NCBI GenBank assembly: GCA_963760795.1
Contig: CAVXEP010000003.1
Location: 196,179-260,178 of the forward strand
Reading direction: 5' to 3'
DNA: 64,000 nucleotides
From: an uncultured delta proteobacterium
GTDB taxonomy: Bacteria > Desulfobacterota > Binatia > UBA9968
Shown here one piece after another: positions 20,574 through 31,317 of this stretch. Each line of letters opens with the position of its first letter. Position 1 is the first letter of the stretch. Below the pieces are notes generated by a model. The model saw nothing but the letters and a program-made list of their open reading frames with translations, searched no databases and had not been told where the DNA came from. Position numbers and translations under genes: made by a program.

Positions 20574-22293
20574 CCGCCGCTCCAAATATGACACGACCGC
20601 TGGCATGCGATCCAAGAGGTGAGCTGATTTTAAAGAACAAGGAGGATTGGGCAGGCTCATGCACCAGTTCGAGGGTAAAGGGCATCTCCGGAGGAATGAT
20701 CCGCTGGAACTTGAGCGCGTGGATGGCGCGGAAAAGAGGCGGTAAATCGAAGCACTGACGCCCGAAATAAATGACCCACTCGACCTGGACCACGCCCGCT
20801 AGAATCGGCCCGGCTGAAAAATGGCCGTCAAAATATAGTAAATCGCGCGGCGCGGTTAACTCGAATACGGCATGGCGCGCATCCTTCGCGATCAAGCGCT
20901 GAAGTGGCAGCGTCGGGCGGGAAGGCACGTGCCCCACCAATGCGGCCAACTCGGCATAGGTCGTTTTGCCCTGGGAATTGACCGGCAAAGCGTCAAGATA
21001 ACGCCAAACTCGCGGCAAACCAACGGGCTCGACGGACTCCGTGAGGAGAATGCGCAGCATGCGATTGAAAACGAGTTTGCCGACCTCAACCAATTTGCGA
21101 CGCCCATCAACCGACAGCACGACGAATGCCGCAATCCGCTGGCGGCGCCCCTCTATGACATGCACCCGAGCATCGCTCACTAACGGCGATGCCATGAGCC
21201 GAGCTTCGATGGCGCTCAGTGAAATCCGCTTTCCCTCGACTTTGGCGATCTTATCGATTCGCCCCTTGAGCAGAAAACGATTTTCGCCCAGTTCCAACAC
21301 CTGGTCGGCCGTGCGAAACCATTCTTCATTGGCTAAATGCGGCGAGCGGATTTCCAGTACGTCGGCTTGCGGATCGACACGCCACGTAACGCCGGGCAAA
21401 GGGGTCCACACCGCATCCGCGCTCGCACGTTGTTGGCGCCAGGCGATGCCACCGGTTTCAGAGCTGCCATAGACCTCGATCGGTATCCGATCAAGCAAAC
21501 GATCAGTCTGATGAGCAACCTCGAGCGGCAACGGCCCACCAGACGAGAACACCGCTCTTAACCGATTCGATGTTTTCGCCCACGCCGGAGTTTCCGGCAA
21601 GCGTTTCAGATGCGCCGGACTCGATATCAACACCCAATCGCGTTCGGGAAGCGCTGCGGTCAGTTCTTCAAAAAACGAAAAGCTCCGCGCATAAATGGCG
21701 CGCGCGGCGGTCAGCGGCCACAAAACCTGAAAGAGTAAACCATAGATATGTTGATGAGAAACCGTTGCAAAAATGTCGGCAGCGCCAAGCAATTTTCCAA
21801 ACTGACTTTCAAGCGTTGCCACCTCTCGGGACAACTGGAAGAGTTTTTTCGGTATGGCTTGGGCCACGCCGGTGCTGCCAGAAGTATAAAGCACGACTCC
21901 GGCAAATTCAGGATCCAGGCGATTCCAATCATCCTCGTGGACTGCCAAATCCTGCGCCATCGGCACTATTGGCTGCCATACGGATTCGAACTCGCCCAAG
22001 TAGCCATCGACATTTTGGCGCAAATCGGCGCAGGTGCCGGGCAGCCGATCGCCCGGCAGGTAAATCGTTTTGCCAGCCTGCCAAGCCCCGAACAGCGCGG
22101 CGGCAAACTCGATGCCATCATCGATGTAGAGCGCAAATCGCCGGCCGGACTCAGCGCGCAAAAGCGCGCGCCACGCGCGTGTCCGCGCGAGGAATTTTTC
22201 CCAGCTCACGGACTTGTCGCCGCGCCACCCGACGGTCGAACCGGCCGGCCGCGGCGCCGCAAGTAGATCGAGCATGTCCGCGGATTCAAGCAT
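20566..22293 (-). CDS. acyl-ACP synthetase fused to a C-terminal dehydratase (ApeH-ApeI fusion)
   Basis: YTSGSTG, VSHQHIYGLLF, YGSSETGG; C-terminal YFDGHF...PILAGVVQ hotdog motif. Confidence 0.88.
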   Translation of the reverse strand: MLESADMLDLLAAPRPAGSTVGWRGDKSVSWEKFLARTRAWRALLRAESGRRFALYIDDGIEFAAALFGAWQAGKTIYLPGDRLPGTCADLRQNVDGYLGEFESVWQPIVPMAQDLAVHEDDWNRLDPEFAGVVLYTSGSTGVAQAIPKKLFQLSREVATLESQFGKLLGAADIFATVSHQHIYGLLFQVLWPLTAARAIYARSFSFFEELTAALPERDWVLISSPAHLKRLPETPAWAKTSNRLRAVFSSGGPLPLEVAHQTDRLLDRIPIEVYGSSETGGIAWRQQRASADAVWTPLPGVTWRVDPQADVLEIRSPHLANEEWFRTADQVLELGENRFLLKGRIDKIAKVEGKRISLSAIEARLMASPLVSDARVHVIEGRRQRIAAFVVLSVDGRRKLVEVGKLVFNRMLRILLTESVEPVGLPRVWRYLDALPVNSQGKTTYAELAALVGHVPSRPTLPLQRLIAKDARHAVFELTAPRDLLYFDGHFSAGPILAGVVQVEWVIYFGRQCFDLPPLFRAIHALKFQRIIPPEMPFTLELVHEPAQSSLFFKISSPLGSHASGRVIFGAADV

Positions 22294-22828
22294 TGAACCG
22301 CCTCTTGAATCGGCAACGCATAAAATACTCGCCGGCAAATAGCAAGCCCATGAGCAGATAAGCAACCACGCCGTTGTAAAGCGACCAGACGGCGGGCGGG
22401 GCCCAGAGCGCTGTCGACAGCGCGACGGCGCCGTTAACTGCGAAAAACACGCACCAGACCTGCGTAACGCGTTTCATGTAGCCCACCGATTGGGCGGGCA
22501 GGTCCGGCTCCCGCATGCGCGCGAAACGCTCGGCCATCGAAGGAGGAAAAATAAGACTGTAACCGAATGCGCCCAACATTGCCGCATTCACTAGCACCGG
22601 ATAAAGCTTTAACGGAAGCAGCGCGTTGCTCCACACGGCAAGTGTCAAAAGCACCAGCACTCCACCCAACCACCAATATCCAGCCTTGTTAGATTTCAGG
22701 ACGTGCAGCCGCGTCAATGCGAGAAGCAACAAGAGCGCGGCAAGAAAGCGCGGTTTGAACTGCCCTTGGCCAAACCAGATCGCCAGCGGGTAAAGCAACG
22801 TGAGGATAATCATCAATACAGTTGACAC
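22286..22828 (-). CDS. membrane protein COG4648 (ApeG-like)
   Basis: Hydrophobic; LYPVLVN, ERFAR..EPDL, W..FF..NG, W.LYNG..AY.L.G.LFAGE. Confidence 0.82.
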   Translation of the reverse strand: MSTVLMIILTLLYPLAIWFGQGQFKPRFLAALLLLLALTRLHVLKSNKAGYWWLGGVLVLLTLAVWSNALLPLKLYPVLVNAAMLGAFGYSLIFPPSMAERFARMREPDLPAQSVGYMKRVTQVWCVFFAVNGAVALSTALWAPPAVWSLYNGVVAYLLMGLLFAGEYFMRCRFKRRFNA

Positions 22829-22839
22829 GATTCCCCTTG

Positions 22840-23103
22840 CTACGGCACGAGCAGCGCGGCCAGCGCTGTCACGACATCCTGGATGGTGCGCACGCTCTTG
22901 AACACTTCCGGCTGCAGCCTCTTGTCCGTCATATCTTTGAGCTTGACGGCGAGGTCCACCCCATCGATGCTGTCGATATCGGGGTCGGTATAAAGATTTG
23001 CCGCCGGCGTGATCTTGGCCTTATCCAGCTCGAGCATTTCGTGCAACGTATCAACCACCAATAAATAAATCTCTTCCTTGCTCATTGAACTTGGCAGAGC
23101 CAT
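22840..23103 (-). CDS. acyl carrier protein (ApeF-like)
   Basis: DIDSIDGVDL motif; second of a tandem ACP pair. Confidence 0.85.
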   Translation of the reverse strand: MALPSSMSKEEIYLLVVDTLHEMLELDKAKITPAANLYTDPDIDSIDGVDLAVKLKDMTDKRLQPEVFKSVRTIQDVVTALAALLVP

Positions 23104-23116
23104 GGATATTACCCCC

Positions 23117-23377
23117 TCACTCCTTCCGATTGCGATCAATCAGAGCGCCGAGAGTACGAACCGATGCAAAATGGCGGCGGGTCTCCTCCGAGTCTGACGA
23201 AAGGGTGATCCCGTAACGCTTGTAGATGGCCACGCCCAGTTCAAGCGCGTCGATGGAGTCCAAACCCAATCCCTCAACAAACAGCGGCGCTTCGCTGTCG
23301 ATATCCGCGGGCGTCAAGTCTTCAAGCTGCAAGACATCGATGATCATCTGTTTAATCTCGTCTTCAAGCGATTGCAT
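23117..23377 (-). CDS. acyl carrier protein (ApeE-like)
   Basis: GLGLDSIDALELG motif. Confidence 0.92.
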   Translation of the reverse strand: MQSLEDEIKQMIIDVLQLEDLTPADIDSEAPLFVEGLGLDSIDALELGVAIYKRYGITLSSDSEETRRHFASVRTLGALIDRNRKE

Positions 23378-24028
23378 GAAAGTGACTTTCCTTTGTAAAG
23401 AAATCGCGCAGGTAGTCGGTCAGATGCCGTGCCGCCAAATTCTCAATAGACGCTTGGCTGATAAATTGTTGAATGTCGATATCGCTTTGTACCTCAATGC
23501 TGAATTGCGGCCGGCTCGCCGGCAGCGTGACGTTGCAGCGGGCGCGCATCGCGACATGGGCGGCGCCCCGTTGGAGCTTAAAGCTCCCGTCCGAAGCTGT
23601 GCGCGTCCCCTCAGGGAAAATGATCAGGTTCTCGCCCCGTTCAAGCGCCGCCACGCAATCCGTCAAAAGCTGTTCGCCCTCATCGTTGCGAATATAGTTG
23701 GCAGCCACCACCGGGGCATGAAAAACGGATTGCGCCACGATATCGAGAAACGTCGGATGATTGGCGACGATGAGCAAGCCGCGCCGGTTGAGTTTCTCGG
23801 CGCCGATAACTTTATAGTCCAAGAGCCGCGAAAAACGCAAAAAGCCAATCAAAGAAGCAAAACTCCAGGCGATGAAATCCCGGGCCAGATTCGTGCGCAC
23901 GCGGAAATCCCGAACCAAAACATTAAGCATCGGAAAAACAATCAGTTGGATCAACCCGCCGATACCAAACGCAACAAAGCCCAGAGCGACAAAAAAACCT
24001 GCGACCAACGGGCGGCTTCTTTAAACAT
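23364..24028 (-). pseudogene. PlsC-like acyltransferase (ApeD-like), probably degraded
   Basis: NHPT..D and FPEGTRT motifs. The ATG at 24028 is out of frame with the body, and the segments after NHPTFLDIV and after RARCNVT look shortened relative to the family. Confidence 0.7.
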
Positions 24029-24767
24029 CGCTCGACCAAACCCAGCGCCGACCGTCACAGCGGCGCTCCAAACTGTGCTCGCGGCGGAGATAGAAGCGCC
24101 AGATCTCAAGACCGCCGGGCAACGCGGCAGTGTCCGATGGCGCAGAACTCTCGATTGGCGACCAAGCAAGGGTCATGCGCCGCGCGCCATTCGGTTCCAT
24201 CAACCAGGCCCAAGCGAACGGCTGCTCGTGGCAGTCTTCAAAGGCACGGTACACAGGCGGCAGCGGACAGTCATAGACCACCAACAGGACCGCGGGTTCG
24301 CCGTCGGCCAATAGAGTGCCGGCCTCGATCACACCATGTTCGACGCTGCTTTGGCCAGCAGCGAGAGCGACGTGGTGCGCACGGTCCGCCCGCGCTATGG
24401 AAAAAAGCCCGCCCACCGCGTTGTGCACCGACATACCAAACGCAGTCGGCGAAAGCGGCTGACCCTTGGCCAACTCGGACAACATCGAAACCGAACGGTC
24501 CACTTCGCCGTGACGCGAGCAAAAGACGATCGGCACATCGCGGCGGTCGCCAAGACATCGGTAGGCGACTTCGAGCGCCATCCGGTCAAGAAATCCGGCG
24601 CGCCGGCGCAGCATCGGCGCCATTGCGCGCACCGCCGGCTCGGTCTCACCCGTGATCTCCCGACGACCCAATGACCAGTCGAGCCAATCCTCCGGCGTTT
24701 CTACCCCCGGTGCCCAGGCAGCGGAGGCGGTGATGGAAAATTTAATCCCACTGTCTGGCACGACCAC
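24021..24767 (-). CDS. ketosynthase chain-length factor (ApeC-like)
   Basis: PMLRRR, SRHGE, LSPTAFGMSVHNA motifs. Confidence 0.88.
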   Translation of the reverse strand: MVVPDSGIKFSITASAAWAPGVETPEDWLDWSLGRREITGETEPAVRAMAPMLRRRAGFLDRMALEVAYRCLGDRRDVPIVFCSRHGEVDRSVSMLSELAKGQPLSPTAFGMSVHNAVGGLFSIARADRAHHVALAAGQSSVEHGVIEAGTLLADGEPAVLLVVYDCPLPPVYRAFEDCHEQPFAWAWLMEPNGARRMTLAWSPIESSAPSDTAALPGGLEIWRFYLRREHSLERRCDGRRWVWSSDV

Positions 24768-24827
24768 TAAATTCCTAATGTCGCGGCAACCATTGTAATT
24801 TTGGACTGCAACGCACCGAGACGTTGT

Positions 24828-25211
24828 TCATAGCGTCGTCCAGTAACCGTTCATCGCATAGCGTTCCGGCTGCCCCGGCCAGGCTTCCATGGCGGCGCAA
24901 GATTTTCCCTTGGCGACTTCCCGTAGGTAAATATTGCGGTCGAGTAAGGCATTAGCCTCATTGCCATCCGGATTTTTCAGTTCGAATAGCCCCGGCCACA
25001 CGAAAATTCCCAAAAACAATTCGAGCCGATCGTTCGCCCGGTTCGTGGTGATTTTATGCTGCGCCACTTCGGTGTTCGATTTGAACTCTATGGCGATCTG
25101 CTCGCAAGTCAGAGCGCCATCACCGGCTTGCTTCATGGCGAGCAGTTGCGGATCGCGCGCTTGGACGCATCCGCCGAGAATCAGCAATGACAAGATAAGT
25201 AGAATTTTCAT
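24828..25211 (-). CDS. hypothetical lipoprotein
   Basis: MKILLILSLLILGGC lipobox; AGGAGG RBS. Confidence 0.7.
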   Translation of the reverse strand: MKILLILSLLILGGCVQARDPQLLAMKQAGDGALTCEQIAIEFKSNTEVAQHKITTNRANDRLELFLGIFVWPGLFELKNPDGNEANALLDRNIYLREVAKGKSCAAMEAWPGQPERYAMNGYWTTL

Positions 25212-25630
25212 GGTTCCTCCTAGGTCATGGAAGTATTTTTACTGCTCCGCGCTTACAAGTTCAACCACACATCGAAATCGCGCATCCCGTCAAGCTATAC
25301 GCCACCCATCTCACGACGAAACGCTGCCAGCGAAACATTGTAAGTTTCGAGTTGTGCATCGGCCAGCGACGATGTTATCAAAGGCTAAAATAGGCTGCGC
25401 CAACACCTTATGCGGTCGCGCGACAGAAGACATAGGAGAATCGTCCTGAGAATCAGTCCCTTGCAATTGCTGCTGGTATTCCTGGCACTAGGGCATCCGG
25501 CTGTAGCAATCGAGCGACGGCCACTGAAGGCGCGGCAAGAAGCAATATTGCTCAGGCGCTCGGGAAACTATCGAAACTCAACCTCTAAACTAACGCGACG
25601 GATCCCATTTGGCCAGGTGGCAAACAGCCA

Positions 25631-26353
25631 TTACGCGGTCAAGCTCACCGCGTCTTTGTATTTGAACGATCCATTATAGAGTGCGCGGCCGACCACGACG
25701 CCTTCCACGCCATCTTTTTCTAGTGGCAACAGCTTGCGAATATCGTCGAGCGTGGCGACGCCGCCCGAGGCGAGGGTCGGAATCTTCACGGCGCGGGCAA
25801 TCTTCAGCGTCTCATCTAGATTCACGCCAGCGCGGGTGCCATCGCGGCTGATGTCGGTGTAGATAATTCGCGAGACGCCGTCGCCTTCACAGCGCTTGGC
25901 CAGCTCGACGGCTTCCAACGCGGTGGTTTCCTTCCAACCTTTAACTGCAACCTTGCCCTGACGCGCATCGATGCCGACGACGATCTTGCCGGGAAACTTC
26001 TTGCACAAAGTCTGGAGCAACTCGACGTTGTCGTAGGCGACCGTGCCGATGACCACGCGAGACACACCCAAGTCCAACGCCGTTTGCACGGCGTCGACGG
26101 ATCGCAGCCCGCCGCCCAGTTCCACCGACAGTCCGGCGACACCCGAGACAGCGGCGACTTCTTTAGTGTGCACCGGCCGGCCTTCCACCGCGCCGTTCAA
26201 GTCGACGATGTGAAGAAAGGTCGCGCCCTCGGCTACCCAATGCCTAGCCGCGGCGACCGGATCTTCGAAGTAAACCGTCTCTTGATTCATGTCGCCCTGG
26301 AATAAGCGGACGCAGCGGCCGTCCTTCAAATCGATGGCGGGAATGATCAGCAT
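25631..26353 (-). CDS. hisA: HisA phosphoribosylformimino-AICAR-P isomerase
   Basis: IIPAIDLKDGRCVRL.QG, GGGLRS, YTDISRDG, ASGGV. Confidence 0.96.
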   Translation of the reverse strand: MLIIPAIDLKDGRCVRLFQGDMNQETVYFEDPVAAARHWVAEGATFLHIVDLNGAVEGRPVHTKEVAAVSGVAGLSVELGGGLRSVDAVQTALDLGVSRVVIGTVAYDNVELLQTLCKKFPGKIVVGIDARQGKVAVKGWKETTALEAVELAKRCEGDGVSRIIYTDISRDGTRAGVNLDETLKIARAVKIPTLASGGVATLDDIRKLLPLEKDGVEGVVVGRALYNGSFKYKDAVSLTA

Positions 26354-26449
26354 ATAGTTCAAGGCCTAAGGCAAAACGAAGAATGCAAAATTGATGCGGT
26401 GCTCTGTGGGTCGCGAATTTTCATTTTACATTTTTCATTTTGCATAGCT

Positions 26450-27067
26450 CTAGTTCCGCTCGACGAACCCGCCGAAATTCGCCAGTATGCGCAGCCCAAG
26501 CTCCTGGCTCTTCTCAGGATGAAATTGGCAGGCGAACAGCCGCTCGGTAGCGATACTCGAAACGAACGACTGGCCGTAATCGGTAGTGGTGGCGACGATC
26601 GTTGGATCTTGCGGCGCGACATAAAACGAGTGGACGAAATAAACATAGTCGCCGGTCGAGATGCCGTCGAGAAACGGCGAGTCCTGCGCCTTGGCAATGC
26701 GGTTCCAGCCCATGTGCGGCACTTTCAATTGTGCTTTTGCGTGAAAACCGACCACCTTGCCGGGGAAAAGATCGAGCCCTTGCTGCTTGCCGAATTCTTC
26801 GCTTTCGGAGAACAACAATTGAAATCCCAGGCAAATTCCCAGAAACGGTTTTTGCCGCCGGACAATCTCACGGATCGGTTCGATCAGGCCAAACTTGCCA
26901 AGGTTCTCCATGCAAGCACTAAACGCGCCGACCCCCGGCAACACGACACCGCGCGCCGACTGAATCTGACCGACATCGCGGGTGACAAGCGCGTCGAAGC
27001 CGACCCGCTCCAGCCCTTTTTGCACGCTGCGCAGATTGCCCATCCCGTAATCGATAATCGCAATCAT
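26450..27067 (-). CDS. hisH: imidazole glycerol phosphate synthase glutaminase subunit
   Basis: IDYGMGNLRSV, GICLG, QFHPEKS. Confidence 0.97.
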   Translation of the reverse strand: MIAIIDYGMGNLRSVQKGLERVGFDALVTRDVGQIQSARGVVLPGVGAFSACMENLGKFGLIEPIREIVRRQKPFLGICLGFQLLFSESEEFGKQQGLDLFPGKVVGFHAKAQLKVPHMGWNRIAKAQDSPFLDGISTGDYVYFVHSFYVAPQDPTIVATTTDYGQSFVSSIATERLFACQFHPEKSQELGLRILANFGGFVERN

Positions 27068-27120
27068 ACTTTTTTAAAATGGAACGATTGGAACCCCTGG
27101 ACCATTTGGCACCAGTCCGC

Positions 27121-27708
27121 TTATAAACTCCCCTTGGTCGACAACACGCCCTGCACCCGCGGGTCTACCTGAGTAGCGAAGTCCATCGCCCGGGCGAACG
27201 CCTTGAAGCAAGCTTCGATAATATGGTGCGGATTCTCGCCGCGCGGCACATCGATATGCAGGTTCATGCCCAACTGATTAGCAAACGCGGCGAAAAATTC
27301 ATGGGGCAAGTCGGTGTCGAAGTCGCCGACGCGGCCTGGGCGAATCTTGACGTTGTACAAGAGATAGGGCCGGCCGCTCAGATCGACCACCACCTTGGCC
27401 AGTGTCTCATCGAGCGGACAGCTGGCTTCGCCGAAGCGGCGGATACCCGCCTTGTCGCCGAGGGCGTCCTTGAACGCCTGCCCCAACACCAACCCGACAT
27501 CTTCCACCGTGTGGTGATAGTCGACTTCCAAGTCGCCCTTGGCCTGGATGGCGATATTGAAAAAACCATGGCGGCTAAAGGCGTCGAGCATATGGTTGAA
27601 AAACGGCATGCCGGTTTCGATACTCGCTTGGCCGCTGCCGTCGACATCCAGATTGATCGTGATGTCGGTCTCTTTAGTTTTTCGCGCCACCGTCGCTGTC
27701 CGTCCCAT
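27121..27708 (-). CDS. hisB: imidazoleglycerol-phosphate dehydratase
   Basis: [32 protein letters not shown]. Confidence 0.97.
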   Translation of the reverse strand: MGRTATVARKTKETDITINLDVDGSGQASIETGMPFFNHMLDAFSRHGFFNIAIQAKGDLEVDYHHTVEDVGLVLGQAFKDALGDKAGIRRFGEASCPLDETLAKVVVDLSGRPYLLYNVKIRPGRVGDFDTDLPHEFFAAFANQLGMNLHIDVPRGENPHHIIEACFKAFARAMDFATQVDPRVQGVLSTKGSL

Positions 27709-27764
27709 GATTATCTCCCAAGTTTAAATCGCCTTCACGGCGTGTTCGAAGCCAAAACCTGAAA

Positions 27765-29060
27765 CTAGGCACTCTTCTCGAAGCGCACTTCCACCGAGCG
27801 CGCGTGATCGTCCAACCCTTCCAACCGCGCCAGATGGGCAATTTTCGCCGCCAGCGCTTTCAAGCCGCGCCGCTCGGCGTGGATGATCGTAGTGCGCTTG
27901 AGAAAATCATAGGTACCGAGCGGCGAAAAAAACCGCGCGCTGCCGCCGGTGGGCAGCACATGATTGGGTCCGGCCAGATAATCGCCCAAGGGCGGCGCTG
28001 AATAAGGACCGAGAAACATCGCCCCGGCGTTGCGAATTTGCCGCGCCATTTTCTCAGGCCGGCGCACTAACAATTCAATATGCTCTGGCGCGATGGCATT
28101 CGCCAGCTGGATCATTTCTTTTTGTCCGCGCGCGACGATGATCGCGCCGTACTTTTGTAGCGAGCGCAGCGAGATCGCCTGGCGCTTGGTGCTGAGCAGC
28201 TGCTGTTCCACGGCCTTTTGAACCTTGAGCGCCACGGCTTTCGATGTCGTCAGACATAAAGCGGCAGCCAATTCATCATGCTCCGCCTGAGACAGCATGT
28301 CCGCGGCGACATGGGCCGGATCGGCGGAATCATCGGCCAAGAGTAAAATCTCGCTCGGCCCGGCGATGGAATCAATATTGACTTCGCCGAAGACCATGCG
28401 TTTAGCCGTCGCGACGAAGATATTCCCCGGCCCGACGATCTTGTCGACTTTGGGAATCGTCCGTGTGCCGAACGCCAACGCGGCGATGGCCTGGGCGCCG
28501 CCGACGCGAAAGATCCGATCGACTCCCGCCACATGGGCGGCAGCAAGAATAATCGCGCCGTCGGCGCCGATGGGCGAAGTCATGACGATCTCTTTGACGC
28601 CGGCGACCTTGGCGGGAATCGCGTTCATCAAAACAGTTGACGGATAACACGCCTTGCCGCCGGGTACGTAAACGCCGACCCGTTCGAGGGGCGTAATGCG
28701 TTGTCCCAACACCATGCCCAGGGGATCGCGGTACCGCCAGCTTTTGAGCATCTGCCGGCGGTGAAACGCCGCGATCCGTTTGGCGGCAAGCCGCAGGATG
28801 CTCAAGTCCTTACGCGAAACCTTGGCGACGGCGCTAGCGATCTGCGCCGGGGTCACTTCCATTTGCGCCGCGCGCAAACGCACATGATCGAACTGCGCCG
28901 TATAGCGCAGCACGGCGCGGTCGCCCTGGCGCTGCACCGTCGTGACGATTTCTTCGACGCGCCGCTCGACATCGCCGGTTCGCGTGCCGCGCCGCCCGAG
29001 TATCTTCGCCATCAAGGGTTTGAATCCAGCGTCGGAAGTCTTGACCAAACGAATTTTCAT
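27765..29060 (-). CDS. hisD: histidinol dehydrogenase
   Basis: VYVPGG, GPGNIFV, AGPSE, LSQAEHD, APEH, GDY.AGPNHVLPT. Confidence 0.97.
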   Translation of the reverse strand: MKIRLVKTSDAGFKPLMAKILGRRGTRTGDVERRVEEIVTTVQRQGDRAVLRYTAQFDHVRLRAAQMEVTPAQIASAVAKVSRKDLSILRLAAKRIAAFHRRQMLKSWRYRDPLGMVLGQRITPLERVGVYVPGGKACYPSTVLMNAIPAKVAGVKEIVMTSPIGADGAIILAAAHVAGVDRIFRVGGAQAIAALAFGTRTIPKVDKIVGPGNIFVATAKRMVFGEVNIDSIAGPSEILLLADDSADPAHVAADMLSQAEHDELAAALCLTTSKAVALKVQKAVEQQLLSTKRQAISLRSLQKYGAIIVARGQKEMIQLANAIAPEHIELLVRRPEKMARQIRNAGAMFLGPYSAPPLGDYLAGPNHVLPTGGSARFFSPLGTYDFLKRTTIIHAERRGLKALAAKIAHLARLEGLDDHARSVEVRFEKSA

Positions 29061-29116
29061 GTTGGTTGCGAATCTATCATACGGTGAACTTTTGAACCCT
29101 AGAACCTTGAACGCAT

Positions 29117-30385
29117 TTATCCCGCAACGCGATTAATCTGCGCCCCCAATTGGGAAAGCTTTTTTTCAATCTGTTCGTAGCCGCGATCGAGATGATAAAC
29201 GCGGGCAACTTCGGTGCTACCGCTGGCGACCAAGCCGGCGAGTACCAGCGCCACGCTGGCGCGCAAGTCGCTCGCCATTACCGGCGCACCGGACAGCGTT
29301 TTGACGCCGCGCACCACGGCGCGGTTACCTTCGAGCTTGATGTCGGCGCCCATGCGGTCGAGCTCCGGCACATGCATAAAGCGGTTCTCAAAAATCGTCT
29401 CGGTAATCACGCTGACACCGTCGGCCACCGCCATCAGCACCATCATCTGCGCCTGCAAGTCGGTGGGAAAACCGGGATACGGCTGAGTCTTCACATCGAC
29501 ACTTTTGATCCAGCCGCCGTCGCGCACATGGATGCCGCCATCGTCGCTCGTCCAAGTCACGCCGGCTTCACGCAATTTGATTAAAAAAGCTTCGAGATGG
29601 TCGGCGCGCGCGCCTTTGACGTATACCTCCCCGCCACTGAGCGCCGCGGCAATGACAAAGCTGCCGGCTTCGATGCGGTCGGGAATTATCCGGTGGCTTA
29701 CCCCGTGCAAAGCGCTCACCCCGTCGATCTTGATCACGTCGGTGCCGGCGCCATGAACTTGCCCGCCCATGGCATTCAACACTTTCGCCAAGTCGTCGAG
29801 CTCAGGCTCCTTGGCGGCATTTTCAATCACCGACGTGCCCTCGGCCAAGGCCGCGGCCATCATGAGATTTTCCGTCGCGCCCACCGACGGCACGTCTAAA
29901 TAAATTTTTGCGCCGCGCAGTTTCACCGCTCGCGCTTCGACATAACCATGAGCCTGCTCGATGGTGGCGCCGAGTGCTTCGAGCCCCTTCAAATGCAGGT
30001 CGATGGGGCGCGCGCCGATGGCACAGCCGCCCGGCGTCGATACCCGCGCTCGGCCGAAGCGCGCCACCAACGGGCCAATGACCAGGAACGACGCGCGCAT
30101 GGTCTTGACCAAGTCGTAGGGCGCTTCGAAGTTGTCGATGCTATCAGCTTGCAGGGTTAGCTCGTCGGCGCCTTCACGCCAGCGCTGGTGCTCGCTCTTG
30201 CCACCGAGCCCAGCGAGCAACCTCAAAGTCGTTCGAATATCGGCGAGATGGGGCACGCTTTGGTAAGTGCAAGGCTCGGCGGTGAGCAGCGACGAGATTA
30301 AAATCGGCAGCGCGGCGTTCTTCGAACCGCTGACGGCGACCTCGCCGTGCAACCGCTGGCCGCCTTGTATGACGATCTTATCCAT
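29117..30385 (-). CDS. murA: UDP-N-acetylglucosamine 1-carboxyvinyltransferase
   Basis: [37 protein letters not shown]; true start MDKIVIQGG at 30385. Confidence 0.97.
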   Translation of the reverse strand: MDKIVIQGGQRLHGEVAVSGSKNAALPILISSLLTAEPCTYQSVPHLADIRTTLRLLAGLGGKSEHQRWREGADELTLQADSIDNFEAPYDLVKTMRASFLVIGPLVARFGRARVSTPGGCAIGARPIDLHLKGLEALGATIEQAHGYVEARAVKLRGAKIYLDVPSVGATENLMMAAALAEGTSVIENAAKEPELDDLAKVLNAMGGQVHGAGTDVIKIDGVSALHGVSHRIIPDRIEAGSFVIAAALSGGEVYVKGARADHLEAFLIKLREAGVTWTSDDGGIHVRDGGWIKSVDVKTQPYPGFPTDLQAQMMVLMAVADGVSVITETIFENRFMHVPELDRMGADIKLEGNRAVVRGVKTLSGAPVMASDLRASVALVLAGLVASGSTEVARVYHLDRGYEQIEKKLSQLGAQINRVAG

Positions 30386-30396
30386 TTGCTGAGTCC

Positions 30397-31308
30397 CTAG
30401 TGCTTGCCACGTCGCGCCACAATCACACGGTCGCGCCCGGCATAATCCTGAAACACTTCGATCTCTCGATAGCGTCCGGTATCGGCGCAAATGGCTGAAA
30501 CCTCGCTTGCCATATCGGCGCCGACCTCCAACACCAGCGCACCCCGCTCGGCTAGATACTCCGGCGCCGCAGCGGCGATCCGCCGATAAAAATCTAAGCC
30601 ATCGACACCGCCGTCCAACGCGACACGCGGCTCCCACCGGCTAACTTCCGGCGCCAGTGTTACGATCTCGCCGCGTCGCACATAAGGCGGATTGCTGACG
30701 ATCAAATCGAAACGAACCGCCGATCGCGGCACCAGCGCGTCGAACAGATCGCCGGCGAAAAATTGCATACGCTGCGCTACCTGATGGGTGTCAGCGTTGC
30801 CGCGGGCGATTGTCAGCGCCGCGGGCGAAATATCGGTGGCGTAAATTTGCGCCGACGGTAACTCGCACGCGAGACAGACCGCCACCGCGCCGCTGCCGGT
30901 GCACAAGTCAGCGATCCGTAGCAACGTCGAAGCCGGGAATTGCGCGGCGCATAATAGTGAAACTTCAACCAAGCGCTCGGTATCCGGGCGCGGAATCAAC
31001 ACATCCGGCGTGACCGCGAAATCGCGGGACCAAAACTCCTGCTTGCCGGTAATGTAAGCCACCGGCTCCCGCTGCACGCGCCGCGCTAGTAAAGTTTCAA
31101 AGCGGCGCGCCGCTGCTGGAGCGATCGGCAATTCGCTGGCAACCAGCAACTGCTCGCGGCTAACGTTCAAACAATGGGCTAGCAGCACTTCGCCATCGAC
31201 ACGCGGGCTGTCGCTGCCGGCGGCGCCTAGACGCGCAACACCTTGCAAGAGCGCGTCGCACAAGCGCCGCGAACCCGTATCGTTGGTTCTATTGGCAAGC
31301 CCTTCCAT
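30397..31308 (-). CDS. prmC: release factor glutamine methyltransferase
   Basis: [20 protein letters not shown]; follows prfA. Confidence 0.95.
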   Translation of the reverse strand: MEGLANRTNDTGSRRLCDALLQGVARLGAAGSDSPRVDGEVLLAHCLNVSREQLLVASELPIAPAAARRFETLLARRVQREPVAYITGKQEFWSRDFAVTPDVLIPRPDTERLVEVSLLCAAQFPASTLLRIADLCTGSGAVAVCLACELPSAQIYATDISPAALTIARGNADTHQVAQRMQFFAGDLFDALVPRSAVRFDLIVSNPPYVRRGEIVTLAPEVSRWEPRVALDGGVDGLDFYRRIAAAAPEYLAERGALVLEVGADMASEVSAICADTGRYREIEVFQDYAGRDRVIVARRGKH

Positions 31309-31317
31309 CGCCGTTGC

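Noticed and set aside
27080-29112. Short degenerate tandem repeats in the hisB-hisH (tggaac..) and murA-hisD (tgaac..) spacers
   Set aside because: There are only 3-4 imperfect units of 7-9 bp, typical intergenic filler in this kind of genome, with no evidence of function.
29117-30637. N-terminally extended MurA (506 aa)
   Set aside because: The extension overlaps prmC; the true start is MDKIVIQGG at 30385.
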